DNA of 64,000 nucleotides from Narcine bancroftii. Lineage: Eukaryota. The notes under the pieces are model-generated. The model was not told where the DNA came from, ran no database searches, and saw nothing but the letters and a program-made list of their open reading frames with translations. Each line of letters starts with the position of its first letter. Position 1 is the first letter of the stretch. This document shows, piece by piece, positions 12,620 to 26,156 of the stretch. The DNA lies in contig NC_091470.1 in NCBI RefSeq assembly GCF_036971445.1, positions 10,230,001 through 10,294,000 of the forward strand, in the 5' to 3' direction. A program made the translations under genes and the position numbers.

Positions 12620-15600
12620 TCATGACAAAGGGAGGAAAGGAGAGGGCAGACTGCGCAGGCATGTGGCATTGGCACACCTGAGAGAGGGAACTCTTCCCTT
12701 GCTTCTTTTGGAGTTGCAGTCAGGAGGTTGCAATTGAGTTAATTGATTAGGGCCAGGGAGCAATTGAGATAATAGATAGGGATGTATAAAAAGAGGGACT
12801 GGTGGGTCAGAGAGGGGGCATTGTGGCTTTGTCGAGTAGCGGCTGAGGAGGAGTTTGCTCCCAGTAAGGTAAGAGTGGTAGGTTTCTTTAAATAAACTGG
12901 TCAGTGAACTGAGGAATTGGGTAATGGAGGCAGATGTTTGGGCCATCCAGTGTTCTTACTGCAGGACGTGGGAAGTCAGAGACAACACATTTGTGGCTAA
13001 TGACTACACCTGCAGGAGGTGCATCCAACTGCAGCTCCTGATAAACAGATAGAGAGCTGGAGTTGGATGAACTTCAGATCATTTGGGAGGCAGAGGCAGT
13101 GAATGAGGGGAGTTTTTGGGAGGCAGTCACCCTCAAGAGTGAGGAGACGGGCAGCTTGGGCGACTGTCAGGGGAGGTGACGAGCAAAGAACCCCCGTTCC
13201 CATCAACAATAGGGATACTATTTTGGATCCTGTTGGTTGGGACGACCTACCAGGGACAAGTTGCAATGGTCACATCTCTGGCACTGAGATTGGGACCTCA
13301 GCTCAGAAGGGAAGGAGGGGTGAGAGGACTGCAGAAGTGATAGAGGATTCAATAGTTAGGGGACAGATTCTGTGGGAGGTTTTATGAGAGAGATGGAGTA
13401 TCACTGGTGCCAGGCTCCAAGATGTCTTGGATCGAGTTCTGATTCTAAAGAGAGAGGATGAGCAGGCAGATGATGTGGGTAGGAAGGGTGAGGAGGTCCT
13501 GCTAGGAGAGTTCAGGGAGTTAGGTGCATAGTTTAAGCACCGGACCTCCAGGGTGGTAATCTCAGGATTGGTACCCATGCCACATGCTAGTGAGGCTAGA
13601 AATAGGAAGGTGACGCAGCTAAACACATGACTAAGAAGATGCTGCAGGGGGGAGGGCTTCATGTTTCTGGGTAATTGGGCTCTGTTCCATGGAAGGTGGG
13701 ACCTGTTCTGATGGGATGGTTTGCACCTGAAAATGGAGGGGGACTAACATCCTTGTGGGTAGGTTTGCTAGTGTTGCTCTGGGGGGTGGGGAGGTGGTTT
13801 AAACTAAATTTGCAGTTGGAGGGGAACCAGAGTGATAGAGTAGATAGTGAGGTGGAGGCCAGTCAGGGTCATGTGAGGACAATGTAAAGATAGAAAGCAG
13901 AGGTTTGTACATGATAGAAATGCGAGGAGTATTGTCGGGAAGGCAGATGAGCTTAGGGCATGGATTGGCACATGGGTTTATGACATTATTGCTATTAGTG
14001 AGACTTGCTGCAGGAGGGGCAGGTCTGGCAGCTCAATGTTCTGGGATTCCAATGTTTCAGACATGATAGAAGGGGAGGGAATGGAATGGGGAGGAGTGGC
14101 ATTGCTAGTCGGAAAATATTGCAGCTGTGAGAAGTCAGGACAGCCCAGAGGGTTCGTCTACAGAGGCCATATGGGTGGGGCTGAGATATGATAAAGGTGT
14201 AACCACGCTGAGATGAGTTTATTATAGACTGCCAATAGTCCGAGAGAATTGGAGGCGCAAATCTGTCGGGAGGTAGCAGACCAATGTAAGAAACAGAAAG
14301 ATGTGGTAGTTGGAGATTTTAACTTTCCATATATTGACTGGGACTCCCAGACTGTAAAAGGGCTGGATGGCTTGGAGTTTGTTAAATGTGTTCAAAAAAG
14401 TTTTCTAAATCAATATATTGAGGTACCAACAAGAGAGGATGCAAAACTGGATCTCCTATTAGAGAACCAGACAGGTCAAGAGACAGAAGTATATGTAGGA
14501 GAGCATTTTAGGCCTAGTGACCATAATTTCATTAGTTTCAAGTTAATTACGGAGAAGGATCGGTTTGGGTCTTGAGCTGACGTTCTAAATTGGAGAAAGG
14601 CCAATTTTGTGGAAGAGAAAGATCTAGGAAGAGTGGATTTGGATAAAGGTGTTTTCTGGCAAGAATGTATTCAGTAAGTGGAAGGTCTTCAAGGGCGAGA
14701 TTTGAGGGTGCACAGTTTGCATGTTCCTTCCAGGATTAAAGGCAAAATTAATAGGCAGAGAGAACCTTGGTTTTCAAGGGACATTAGTGATATGATTAAG
14801 AAGAAGAGAGAGGTGTATAACCGGTATAGACCACAAGGAGCAAATGAGGTACTTGCAGAGAATGGAAAACATAAGAGAATAATAAAGAAGGAAATCAGGA
14901 GGCCAAAAGAAGGCATGAGGGGGCTTTGGCAGATAATGTGAAGGTAAATCTGAAGGGTTTCAACAAGTACATTAAAAGGATAGTAAGGGAGAAAATTGGT
15001 TCCCCCGAGGAACAGGGTGGTCAACTATGTGTGGAGCCTAATGAGATGGGGAGATCTGAAACAGTTTTTAGCATCAGTATTTACTCAGGAAACTGGCAGA
15101 GTGGATAAGGAAGAAAGGGAAACTAGCAGTTGTGACATTAACAAGGAGGTGCTTGCTGCCTTGCAGTGATATTGTTTAAGAAAGGCTCCAAAAGTAAACC
15201 AGGTAATTATAGGCCAGTGAGTCCGACATCAGTAATAGGTAAATTATTGGAAGGAGTTTTGAGAGCTAGGATAAATAGGTATTTGGACAGTCATGGGCTG
15301 ATTAAGACAGTCAGCGTGACTTTGTGTGTTGTAGGTCGTGTTTAACAAACCTTATACAGTTTTTTTGTGGAGGTTACCAAGAAGGTAGATGAAGGAAAGG
15401 CTGTGAATGTTGTTTATATGGACTTTAGTAAGGCCTTTGACAAGGTTCCACGTGGGAGGTTAGTTCAGAAGGCTATAACACTAAGTAAACATAGTAAACT
15501 GGATTTAAAATTTGAAAAATAAATGGTAGTGGATGATTGCTTCTCGCACTGGAGGCCTGTGACGAGTCGTGTGCCTCAGGGATCCGTTTTGGGACCATTG

Positions 15601-16287
15601 TTGTTTGTTGCCTATATCAGTGATCTGGATGATAACGTGGTGAATTAGATCAGCAAGTTTGGTGATGACGCAAAGATGGGTGTACTGGACAGTGAGCAAG
15701 ATTTTCAAAGCTTGCAGAGGGATCTGGACCAGCTAAGAGAATGGGCCAGTAAATGGTGATGGTGTTTAATGCAGACAAGTGTAAGGTGTTGCAAGGGCAA
15801 ACCAAGGAAGGACATTCACTGTAAATGATTGGGCACTGAAGAGTGCGGAGGAGCAGAGAGACCTGGGGATACAGGTACATTGTTCCCTGAAGGTGGTGCC
15901 ACAGGTGGGTAGGGTTGGAAAGAGAGTTTTTGGCATCTTGGCCTTCATCAATCAAAGTATCGAGTATAGGAGTTGGGATGTTATGTTGAAGTTGTATAAG
16001 ACATTGGTGAGGCCAAATTTGGAGTATTGTGTGCAGTTCTGGTTGCCTAGCTACAGGAAGATTATCGAGAAGACAGAAAGAGTGCAGATATGTTGCCAGG
16101 CCTTCAGGAGTTAAGATATGGGGAAAGATTAAACAGGTTAGGAACAAAGAAGGATGAGGGGAGACTTGATAGAGGTTTATAAGATTGAGGGGAATAGACA
16201 GAGTTGATGTGAGTAGGATGTTTCCACTTAGGTTGGGGAAGATAAATACGAGGTCATAGCTTTAAGCTGAAAGGGGAAAGGTAGAAG
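12620..16287 (+). mobile_element. Near full-length decayed CR1 LINE (ORF1 Cys-finger and esterase-like; ORF2 APE-RT), 3'-truncated
   Basis: Fragments [41 protein letters not shown]-type [20 protein letters not shown]; many stops and frameshifts. Confidence 0.93.
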
Positions 16288-16302
16288 GATGGAGCCTATT
16301 AC

Positions 16303-16593
16303 CTTCTGTGTCTTCTTCGTCCTCTTCATCGCTCGATTCACTGACCAGCACAGTGATCTCTGTATCCGTCACGGACGTCCACTCGAAGTACACACCAAAG
16401 CCAATGTCATAGGTGTCTGTAGCAAAGTCCCAACAGATGCAAGTGCCATCGGGGCGGGTGGGGACTCTGACCGTCACCACATTCCCACGCCTTACCGTCA
16501 TCACCCCTCCTGCCTTCTCCCCCCTCACCTTGTCCTTAAACTCCTCTAGCTCTGTGGAAATCCAGGTGGCAGCAGCGTCAATGACAGGAACAA
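16303..16593 (-). CDS. TMED8: TMED8 penultimate exon (GOLD domain), 291 nt, phase 1-1
   Basis: ttgccttgcag acceptor and G|gtaata donor. Encodes VPVIDAAATWISTELEEFKDKVRGEKAGGVMTVRRGNVVTVRVPTRPDGTCICWDFATDTYDIGFGVYFEWTSVTDTEITVLVSESSDEEDEEDTE. Confidence 0.95.
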
Positions 16594-18900
16594 CTGCAAG
16601 GCAAACCAGGACAATGGGGTTGGCAACACTGACTCTATTCCAGCTACCAGAACATTGGTAGGAAGCACTTCCTCGTTAATGTCACATTGGCCTCCTTCAA
16701 CAACACGAGTCTTGAGAATTCCACCAACAAAAAACCCACTCTCCCCTCCACCATTCCCAAGGAACAGAAACAGAAAACCATTGGATGGGAGCTAGAGGAG
16801 TCATCACGTTTCATCACAAAGGTGGGTTTTCATGAATGTCTGACAGGAGGGAGAGGCAAATATCCAGGCAGAGTATTGAGGAACCTTGGGGTTTGTGAAT
16901 TATTGGATGGGAGGTTAATCCATAGGACCATAAAGAGTGGCAGAGAGGTCTTTGTTTTTACCCTCCCCCGTGATCCCTCCATGATCTTTGTTTGAAGAGG
17001 GCACACAAAATCCTTGAGGACCACTTCCACCCTACACAGAGCGTCTTTCAGCTGCTCCTGTTGTGGAAGAGATGCAGGAAGATCAGAGCCAGCGCCACCA
17101 GGCTGAGGAACAGCTTCTTCCCAAGGACAGTGAGAACGCTGAACAACTTAAGGAACTGTTCATAAAAAAACCTCCAAGACTATTATTGATTAAAGAATAT
17201 TTACTGATTTTTCTAATTGTATAATTTGTCTACATGTATGTTATGTCTGGATGTGTGTTTGCATGTTTTTGCGTTGACAATAAATGAACAAAAGTGGCTG
17301 TGCACTTGAGTTGGGAAGTGAAGGTTTAAGGGGGATGTTGTTTACTTACAGACTGCCAGGGTAGTGGTGGAATGGGTACAGTGCAGCATTGAAGAGGCTT
17401 CTGGATAGGCAGGGAATGGGGCGATGTGGGTCAGGTGTCGGCAGCAGAGAAGGAGTTTAATTTGGCATTGTGTTTAGTGGAGACATTGTAGTACTGCTCC
17501 TGTGTTGCTCAGATCTATGTTCTACACAAGCATTGGGGAAATTGCAGAGGTAACACAAGAATGTGAAGCGGGAGTCAGCCATCTGGCCTGTTCAGCCTGT
17601 TCCGTCATTTAACAAGATCGCTGCTGATCGGGCTGTGGACAGCTCTCGCTCCCTGTCTTTTCCTCATAACCCTCAATTACCCAACAATGCAAAAATTCTG
17701 ACTACTTTAAATACATGAATGAGGCAGTGTCTACTGCTTCATTGGTCAGAGAATTTGAGAGATTCACTATTCTCCAGGAGAAGCAGTTCCTCATCATCTC
17801 TGTCCTAAATCTATTCCACTGAATCTTGAAGATATGTCCCCTAGTTCTGGTCTCACCCACCAGTGGAAACAACCTTCCTGCTTCAGTCTTTATCTATCCC
17901 CTTCACAATTTTGTTTCTGTAAAAACAAGAGGTGAGTGAGAATGGGACAAGGTTAGAGAGGAGGAGTGAATGTAGGTGCTGACCAGGCTAACGTACAGTA
18001 GATGTTCTGGATAACGTCTCTCATGGTCCTTTATAAACCAATCTAATGCTCTCTTAAAAAGCCAGACAGATAATGGGTTGCCGAGGAATATCACGCAACT
18101 CCTGTGGCACAGGAAGCACAGATAAAATAACAAGCTGAATCTGGCCCAAAGAATCAAGGAAGATCAGTAGCCAAGGAATGGGCCCCAATGTTAGAGTCAG
18201 GGAGGGTGGGGAGCAGAAACTCAGCACTCCCCCCACAGGGTCCAACTGTCTCTGTACAGGGTTTAAACAGCCTGATAAAGGAGCTAATGGTGGCTTATTT
18301 AAAATCCTGTGACCAGGAGTATGCCCAAGGTAGTAGTGCCTGTGTTCAGGAACAGCCACAAGGGGGGAACAGTGAGAACTGGTGCAGGGCACCAGTCACG
18401 GGGAGAACCCCCCCCCCCGCACCCCAGCAATGAGGGGAGAAACAGAGGACATGACCCCAAGGATGGTGACCAGTGAGGAGCTCTGTAGTTGCAGTCCACA
18501 AACAGGCGGTGAATTATTGCTGATTCGTGGGTGAGGAACTCGTACAGGCTGTGGGCGACGAGCTCATGAGAACTGGGGGCAAGGAGAGCTTCTGAAAGGC
18601 TTCCTCATTGTGTCAGAGGGTTGGATGTGGAGCTCAGTTGGGCTGATGGTTTGAATTGAACCAATGACATGTGTGGGTGCAGGAGTGCTGGAGGTCAATC
18701 CACGGACACTCAGTGACTCTGGGGGGGGGTGGTGGGGGGGGGACTCTCTTTTGCTGTAAAGGGCAACGGGTAATGCTCATAACAAATCTTCGTCTGTCTT
18801 ATGGCAACTAAAAGCAATTTTGAGTAATGTTACATTTCTGTTTTAGTACATTACAATAAAGAGCATCTGATCTAAAACATTCCAATAAGATGAGCAGCAC

Positions 18901-19001
18901 GGGTCAGACACAGAGTAAACTCCCTTCCCACCGTCCCATCACACAATCCTGGGGTCAGACACAGAGTGAAGCTCCCTCCACACCGTCCCATCACACACTC
19001 C
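18901..19001. repeat. Two copies of a ~52-bp unit
   Basis: GGGTCAGACACAGAGTRAA.CTCCCT..CACCGTCCCATCACACA at 18901 and 18953. Confidence 0.8.
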
Positions 19002-19271
19002 AGTGCAGGGACACCATGGGTTTGAAAGAGGACTGTGCCAGATCCAAATACAGGGACAGCATATTTACGAGGTGAGGCAGTGGGCTGGGTTGGGGGAGGT
19101 TGGGTTTGACTGGCAACCCCTCTCCCAGGGATGTGTCCATGCCTGTGTAGGGAGGCGGATGCTTCTGGTGTTCACCTCCCAGGCACCCTTCAGACTGGAG
19201 AACCTACATTTTAGACAGTGAGGATTGGATTTCAAGTTGAAGATTGTCCATAGATTTCAATGTTTACTCAC

Positions 19272-19422
19272 CTCTTCCAGGGCCCTCCAATGGGTCAGGA
19301 GGTAGCTTCTCTGGACCTCCATGGTCAGACTGTATGATCACGGCATCACTGCTGACCTTGCGAACACGATAGGCAGCAAGTGCAGTCGCTGTCACCTCAC
19401 AGGGCTTGCTCTCTTGAGCGTG
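19272..19422 (-). CDS. TMED8: TMED8 internal exon, 151 nt, phase 0-1
   Basis: ctctgtcctccag acceptor and AG|gtgagt donor. Encodes HAQESKPCEVTATALAAYRVRKVSSDAVIIQSDHGGPEKLPPDPLEGPGR, resembling the recalled human TMED8 segment AKYQVPQRSGDIVMIQSEHTG. Phase fits both neighbouring exons. Confidence 0.9.
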
Positions 19423-21940
19423 CTGGAGGACAGAGAGTGAATGTCCAATGAAAGTTCATGATACCACCACAGAGTTACCTTTCCAAGCCATAGGGGCAGA
19501 TCAAAATCCTTCCAAAGTACTAGGAAGCTATTGCACGCCAGAAGTTCGGCTTTCAGTACATGAGCTGAAAGTTCTAGAAGGAGTTCAGCAGATTTAAGAG
19601 GGAAAATAATATGGTGGTAAGTGTTTTGGGGACTCGGAGATCCAGTGTCTGATTTCCAGCCACAGAACTTGAGATGATATGGGTAAAGGAACTTGACACC
19701 TTGTAAATGTTGTCTGTGAACTCTCAGAACAGGTTTAATCAAATCCAGGGGGTTTTTGACTAAAAGGAGTAAGAATTGGATTGGAATAAACTGTGTGCAG
19801 GTAACGGAAGTGATGAGTGACAGGGATTTGGACACCATTCAGTACAGACACATGGGCCAAAGGGCCTGTTCCTGTGTTGCACGATGTTCCAAGGTACCTT
19901 GGTGTCCTTGCACATTGTTGAAAGCCAACGGGCAGGGGTAGCAGTCATTTCAGAGAACAAATGTTATGTTGGATTTACGTGCAAGGGATTGGTAGTCTTA
20001 TTGCAATTGTACAGATGTTGGGTGACACCGAACCTGCAGCAGCACGTACTGATTAGATTCTCTTTCCCAATAAAGACTGAAGTATAAAAATAGCTGAAGA
20101 CGTGGAAATATGAAACAAAAACAGAAAGTGGTGAAAGACCTCAGGTCATATCCTGGGTGCCGGCCAACACCATGTGCTCATTATTCCAGGACACCCAAAC
20201 ACAGATATGTCCCTAGAAGAGGGGCAGAAAGAAGAACAATTTCAGGCGTAGACCGCAAAGGGCCCATTTCTGTGCTGTAACTAAAATAGTTTCTTCCACC
20301 TCTGGCATCAGATTTCTGAATGGACAATGAACCCCAGACACCACCTTTCTTTCTCTTTTTTGCACTAGTTATTTCTTGTATCTTGCATTTACAAAATAGT
20401 AATTTATAGTAATTTTGCACCTTGTACTGCACAACACTGCCACCACAAGACAACAAATCTAATGACGCATGTTCATGATGATAAACCGGATTCTGGAAAA
20501 CTCCAGGAATGAGGAAACTGATTAAAAGCAGAGTCTGCCCAGCAGTACAAATGAAGAGTGAAAATCTGTGACTCCTGGAACCTTCCCAGTTACGTCGAGA
20601 GAGCTGGGGTTAGGAAGCAAGAAAACATGGTTGGCATCTGACTGATTTGACATCATACAATGTGACTTTTCAGCTCAGACATGACATTACCCGAATAGTC
20701 AGGGTATCAAAGGCAGGGGAGTAGGGCTGAGAATGGATCAGCTCATGATGGAATGGCAGAGCAGACACGATGGGCTGAATGGTCAAATGTTCCTGCATCT
20801 TATGGTCTTGCGTCACCATGACCTCTGACCACATTGGGGGAGTGGGTTGCAAGGACGAGAAGTCAGAGCTGGACAAAACCGCACACTTCTGCAACTTTCC
20901 CACTGTTCAACACGATCACAGCTGATCCCATGGATCTAGAGCAGGCTGCCTTGGAGAGACACACTGTGAATCAACACTGAAGACTTGTGGATAAAATCAC
21001 ATTATACACAGGGTCACAAAGACCAAGTTTGTCCTTCCTTCAGAAGAAAATGTTGAGGGAACATTTAGTGAGCTGGTTAAAATAACAGTGGGAATAAAGG
21101 GGAAGAAACAATCATTTTGCTTTTGCTGGCATGTTCAAGGCACCCCCCCCCCCCCCCAACACAACCGAGTCAAGAGTTATCTGTATGAGAATAGGCCTTC
21201 ACCCAGTATGTCCATGCTTTCCAAGCCAGTCCCACGTGCCTGCAACCAGCCTGAATCCCTCTGAACCGTCCCTACCCACAGGCCTATTCCAAATGTCTTT
21301 TAAATGTGGTGATAAGCCCCCACCTCTACTACATCCACATACCCACCATCCTGTGTGTGAAAAACAAAACCCTCAGGACCATTTAAATTCATCTTTCTTT
21401 GAATTTTGGGATATAAGCAGAGACTGAAGACCACAGCACCAGTGGTGAAGACAGTGAAAGTGTGGCCAAGGGAGGCAGAGGAGTGTCGGCAGGACTGAAT
21501 CAGTGGACTGGACCATATTCAAGAACTCATCCTTCGACTTTAATGAATATGCATCAGGTGTCACTGACCTCAAGACCTGCGTGGATGAATGTGTGCCCAC
21601 GTACCAGGTGTTCCCCAATCAGAAGCCCTGGATGAATCAGAGGATTTGCAACTTGCTGAGGGCAAGAACAATGGCATTTAAGGCCTGGGATCAAGATCTC
21701 TACAAAAAGATCAGGTATGATATGCAGAAGGCCACCTCTGAGGCTGTGGCAATTCTGGAGAAAGCTAGAGACAGGTCCCACCAGCTACAAAGTGAGGGCT
21801 TCACTACCCGATGAGCTGAACGCCTATGCCCACTTTGAGAAGAACCAAACAGTGCCAACTAGAATCCCTGCAAAGGCTGAGGACCCTGTGATTTGTCTCA
21901 GAGGACAATGTTAGAACATCATTCAAGAGGGTGAACCCTC

Positions 21941-23651
21941 TAAAGGTAATGCCAAGACAATACCTTTTTCAAATGCTGCCCATTTCATTGCCCCAGTGGT
22001 TCTTTAAAATGCTCAGTGGGTGTGTCAGACACTTTTTGTGGAATGGTAAGGTGTCTAGAGTCTCCATGGAAAAGTTGGGAACACAAATTGGGGGGCTTAA
22101 AATTGCCAGATTTAAAAAAATACAACAGGGAGTTCTAGGTAAGGTTTGTTGTCTCATTTTTTGAGGGGGGGGGGAAAAAGAGTCCCTTCTTGGGCACAAA
22201 TTGGTTTACATGAAAAGATAGCAGGAGAATTTATACACAAATAGGACACCAAATTAGTTTTGAAAAAACAGATAACCCCATTATAAAACATGCCAGACGT
22301 GGAAAAGAATAAATCGATGTATTGGATTGAAGGTGGGGGATATCTCTTAAAACACCCTTGACCCAGAACAATTTAATACCCATGATCCTGGATAATAAGA
22401 TCCTGGACACCTGGTGCCAGAGGGGGATCAGGTGTATCAAGGATTGTTTCTGTCAAAGGCAGCTCATGTCATTCGAGCAGTTGAGGACTTAATTCTTTCT
22501 TCTTCTTTGGCTTGGCTTCACAGACGAAGATTTATGGAGGGGGTAAAGGAGCAGTCTTCTGCTTGCAGCAATTAAGATCTTTTCTAAGCGATAAACTGGA
22601 AACTGGGACCAACAATGACTCTGCCCGACTGTAGTGACATGCAGACTCTTATTCGAAAGGGGATTATGTGTAAATTTATCTCTAGGATGCATTCCATAAT
22701 CCAAAGTGAAGGCCCGAAGCCAGGCTTACATCGGTCAAGGGAAAGATGGGAGTCAGACTTGGGCATAACAATTGATGAACAATGGTGGGAAGATTTGTGT
22801 TTGAATAGCTTGGCGAGAATTGTTAATACTGGTGCAATATAATTTCTTGCATCAGTTATACCTCACACCAAAAAAAATTATATAAATCAAAGCCAGGAAT
22901 TTCGGAAATGTGCTTTAGGCACAGTGTAGAGGCTGGAACCTTTGTCCACTCCATCTGGCTGAGTACAAGGGTGAGATCCTTCTGGGAAGACCTGGGGGAT
23001 ACACTGAAAAAAATGTACAAAGGTGGATTTTCCACAGGATCCAGAGTTGTACCTTCCAGGGGACATTGGGGAAGTATAGTTTAGACTGTCCAAACTCCAA
23101 ATACAGTTTGGAGGAAGTGTATAGTGGTTACATGGAAGTCTGACTCCCAACTAAATATTGCACGATGGAATAGGGAAATACATGGTTGCATTCCCCTGAA
23201 GAAAATCACCTACAATTGACAGAAGAGATAGGACACATTCGTTGAAGTATGGCAACTGGATCTGAGGCACATCGGGGCACAGATACAATTCATACCCCCC
23301 TCCCTCCCCGAATAAGAGAAAAGAAACAACCCATCCCAGCAGTAAAGGATTTAGGGCATGAAATGGGGAATGTGGTGCAGACGACCTGTTTTTGCCCCGA
23401 CCTTTTTTTTAATTTAACACCCGGGGTCCTCCAGCCTCGAGGAGGATCATTGTCGGTCGGTATTTGGTTGGATTTTGTACGTTTGTATTTTTATATTTTG
23501 GCATTTGTATAATTTAAGGGATAGGGAGGGGAGGATGTAAGGAGAGGGAAATAAGGACGCTGTAAATCATTCTACGTGGAAAGAGAATGTCATGTTTTGT
23601 TTATTGAATTTACATGAGTCTTTGGAAAATCAAAAATAAAATATTAATATA
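21941..23651 (+). mobile_element. 5'-truncated L1/Tx1-clade LINE with 16-bp TSD
   Basis: AAGAGGGTGAACCCTC at 21925-21940 and 23652-23667. Fragments YLFQMLPISLP and HFLWNGKVSRV; A-rich 3' end with AATAAA. Confidence 0.9.
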
Positions 23652-23906
23652 AAGAGGGTGAACCCTCGTAAGGTGTTAGGCCTTGATGACTACCTGGCAG
23701 GGTACTGAAAATCTGCACCAACCAACTAGCTGAAGTGTTCACAGACAATTTCAACCTCTTATTGCTGCAATTAGAGGTTCCCATCTTCTTCAAAAAGGAC
23801 ATCAATCATCCCCAGTACCTAAGAAGAGTGGTGTGAGCTGCCTTAACGACTACTGCCCAGTAGCACTAACTTCTACTGTGATGAAATGCTTTGAGAGGCT
23901 GGTCAA

Positions 23907-24129
23907 TGTAGTGCACGTCGAAAGAATCAAAGGCTTGTTGATCCAAACCAAGGCTTTTATTAACTAGAAGATTGGAGCATATCACATGTAGGTCGACCAG
24001 TCCAGAATGATCTGGGTCTGGCTAGGAGCAACCCTTTAAGACCTGCCAGTAGGCATGGGTACGCTGTCAGCCAATCACAACCATCCTATACCAAATATAC
24101 ACATTGGTGATAGAATCCGGACGATCACA
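23907..24129 (-). mobile_element. Solo LTR (~223 bp) inside the Rex1 RT
   Basis: TGTA...CACA termini; AATAAAAGCC on the - strand; flanks GTCAA/GTCTT are each one change from GTCAT; the Rex1 frame resumes after it. Confidence 0.75.
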
Positions 24130-25377
24130 GTCTTGACCAGAGTTAATAAGTAACTAGGCAAAGATCTCGACCCGCTGCAATTCACCTATCGTCACAATCT
24201 CTCCACTGCAGATGCAATATCGCTTGATCTTCACTCAGCTCTAGATCACCTTGAAAACAGCAATTCATAAATGCAGCTGCTCTTCATCAACTACAGCGCA
24301 GCCTTTAATCCCATTATTCCTTCAGTGCTGGTCAAGAAGCTAGAAACTCTGGGCCTCTGTACCCCACTCTGCAACTGGATCCTTGACTTTCTCATCACAG
24401 TCAGTATGAACTGGAAACAACGTCTCCTCCTCACTGATTATCAACACAGGCACATCCCAAGGATGCATGTGTAGCCCATTGCTCGACTCATTATACACCC
24501 ATGACTGTGTGGCCAGGCACAATTCTAATGCCATCTACAAGTTTGTCGATGACACCACAGTTGTCGGCAGAATCACAAACCACAAGGAGGAAGTGTCCAG
24601 GAGGGAGAGAGATCAGCTCATTGGATGGTGTAACGACAATAACCTTGTACTCAACGCCAGCAAAACCAAGGAGATGATTGTGGACTTCAGGAGAAAGTCA
24701 GGGGAACACGACCCAGTCCTCATCAAGGGCTCAGAAGTGGAGAGGGTCAAGAACTTCAAATTCATGGGTGTCGACATCTCCAAGGATCTGTCCCGGAGCC
24801 TCCACATTGATCCAATCACAAAGAAGGTTCACCAGCGGCTCTACTTTGTGAGTTGTCTGAGGAGATTCGGTATATCATGGAAGATTCTTGTAAATTTCTA
24901 CAGGTGTACAGTGGAGAGCATTCTGGCTGGTTGTATCACTGTCTGGTATGGAGGCACCAATTCTCAGGACAAGAATAAACTCCAGAGGGTTGTTAACTTG
25001 GCCTGCGTCATCACAGGCACCAAACTTTACTCCATTGAGGACATCTACATGGGGCGATGTCTTAAAAATGCAGCCTCTATCTTCAAAGACCCCCACCACC
25101 CAGGCCATCCCCTCTTCACTCTGCTACCATCAGGAAAAGGTACAGGAGCCTAAAGACGAGCACTCAGCGGCACAAGGACAGCTTCTTCCCCTCTGCCATC
25201 AGATTCCTGAATGGTCAATGAACCACAGACACGGCCTGACTGTTCGTGCCCTGGTATTGTTATAGTAATGGCTTAAGATGGTTATAATATGAATGTTTGC
25301 AACGATGTTGTCGCAAAACAACGATTTTCATGATTGTTCATGACGATATATTCTGATTCTGAAATTCAATCAAGTTC

Positions 25378-25812
25378 TAAGAACATAAGAACTAGGAGCA
25401 GGAGTTGACCATTCAGCCCATCGAGCCTGCTCCAGCTTTCAATGAGATCACGGCTGATCTGATGATCCGCTCATCTCCACCTAACTGCCTTTTCCCCATA
25501 TCCCTTAATTCCCCAACTATGTTAAAATCTATCCAACCTTGACTCAAATATATTTACTGAGTTGCCTCCAGTGGGGAAAATTGCACAGATTCACCACCCT
25601 CTGGGAAAAGCAGTTCCTCCGAATCTCCGTCCTAAATCTACTCCCCTGAATCCTGAGGCTGTCCCCTAGTTCTAGCCTCACCTAACAGTGGGAACAACTT
25701 ACCTACTTCTATCTTATCTCTGCCTATCATAATTTTATACGTTTCCCGAAGATCCCCTCTCATTCTTCTAAATTCCAGTGAGTACAGTCCCAGAACACGT
25801 TCTCTCATAACA
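25378..25812 (-). mobile_element. CR1 3' end fragment (related copy at ~17550-17905)
   Basis: LGLYSLEFRRMRGDLRETYKIM followed by CR1 3' UTR. Confidence 0.85.
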
Positions 25813-26086
25813 GGACCTTTGCATTGTCTGACCAGACCCAGCATTGAGTCCAGCTTACCACTTTCCGAGGGAGTCCATCGTTGCCTTTCCTGGTCAACGA
25901 TGGCCAATGTGCTACTCACACTGACAGCCCTGGTCGCCTCGTCTATGAAAATCTCAGTGAGAGTTACTGACCACTTTCACTGAAGGAGCCTGTGCCCTCG
26001 GTTCTGCTTTTCCCCAAATAACCTCAACACAAACTGGTGCCGGAGGGGAGAAGGGAGAGCAGGTACTGGTGGAATTCAGGGCTCAC

Positions 26087-26156
26087 CTGCTGGTCCCCTG
26101 CTGCCACTGACTGCTCCAACCCGTCTTCTGCTGCCACCGGTTTTACACTCTGGTCT
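26087..26156 (-). CDS. TMED8: TMED8 internal exon, 70 nt, phase 2-0
   Basis: tttgttttctccag acceptor and CAG|gtgagc donor. Encodes (R)DQSVKPVAAEDGLEQSVAAGDQQ; open and phase-compatible. Confidence 0.8.

Larger units (their letters stand above)
21420..25362 (+). mobile_element. Rex1/Babar LINE (5'-truncated), interrupted by an L1/Tx1 insert and a solo LTR
   Basis: [87 protein letters not shown]; TTCTGA-repeat tail at ~25351. Confidence 0.92.

Noticed and set aside
10100-16593. ACBD3 as the identity of the GOLD gene
   Set aside because: No acyl-CoA-binding or Q-rich exons are visible. The upstream exon matches TMED8 (IIQSDHGG), and SAMD15 adjacency fits TMED8.
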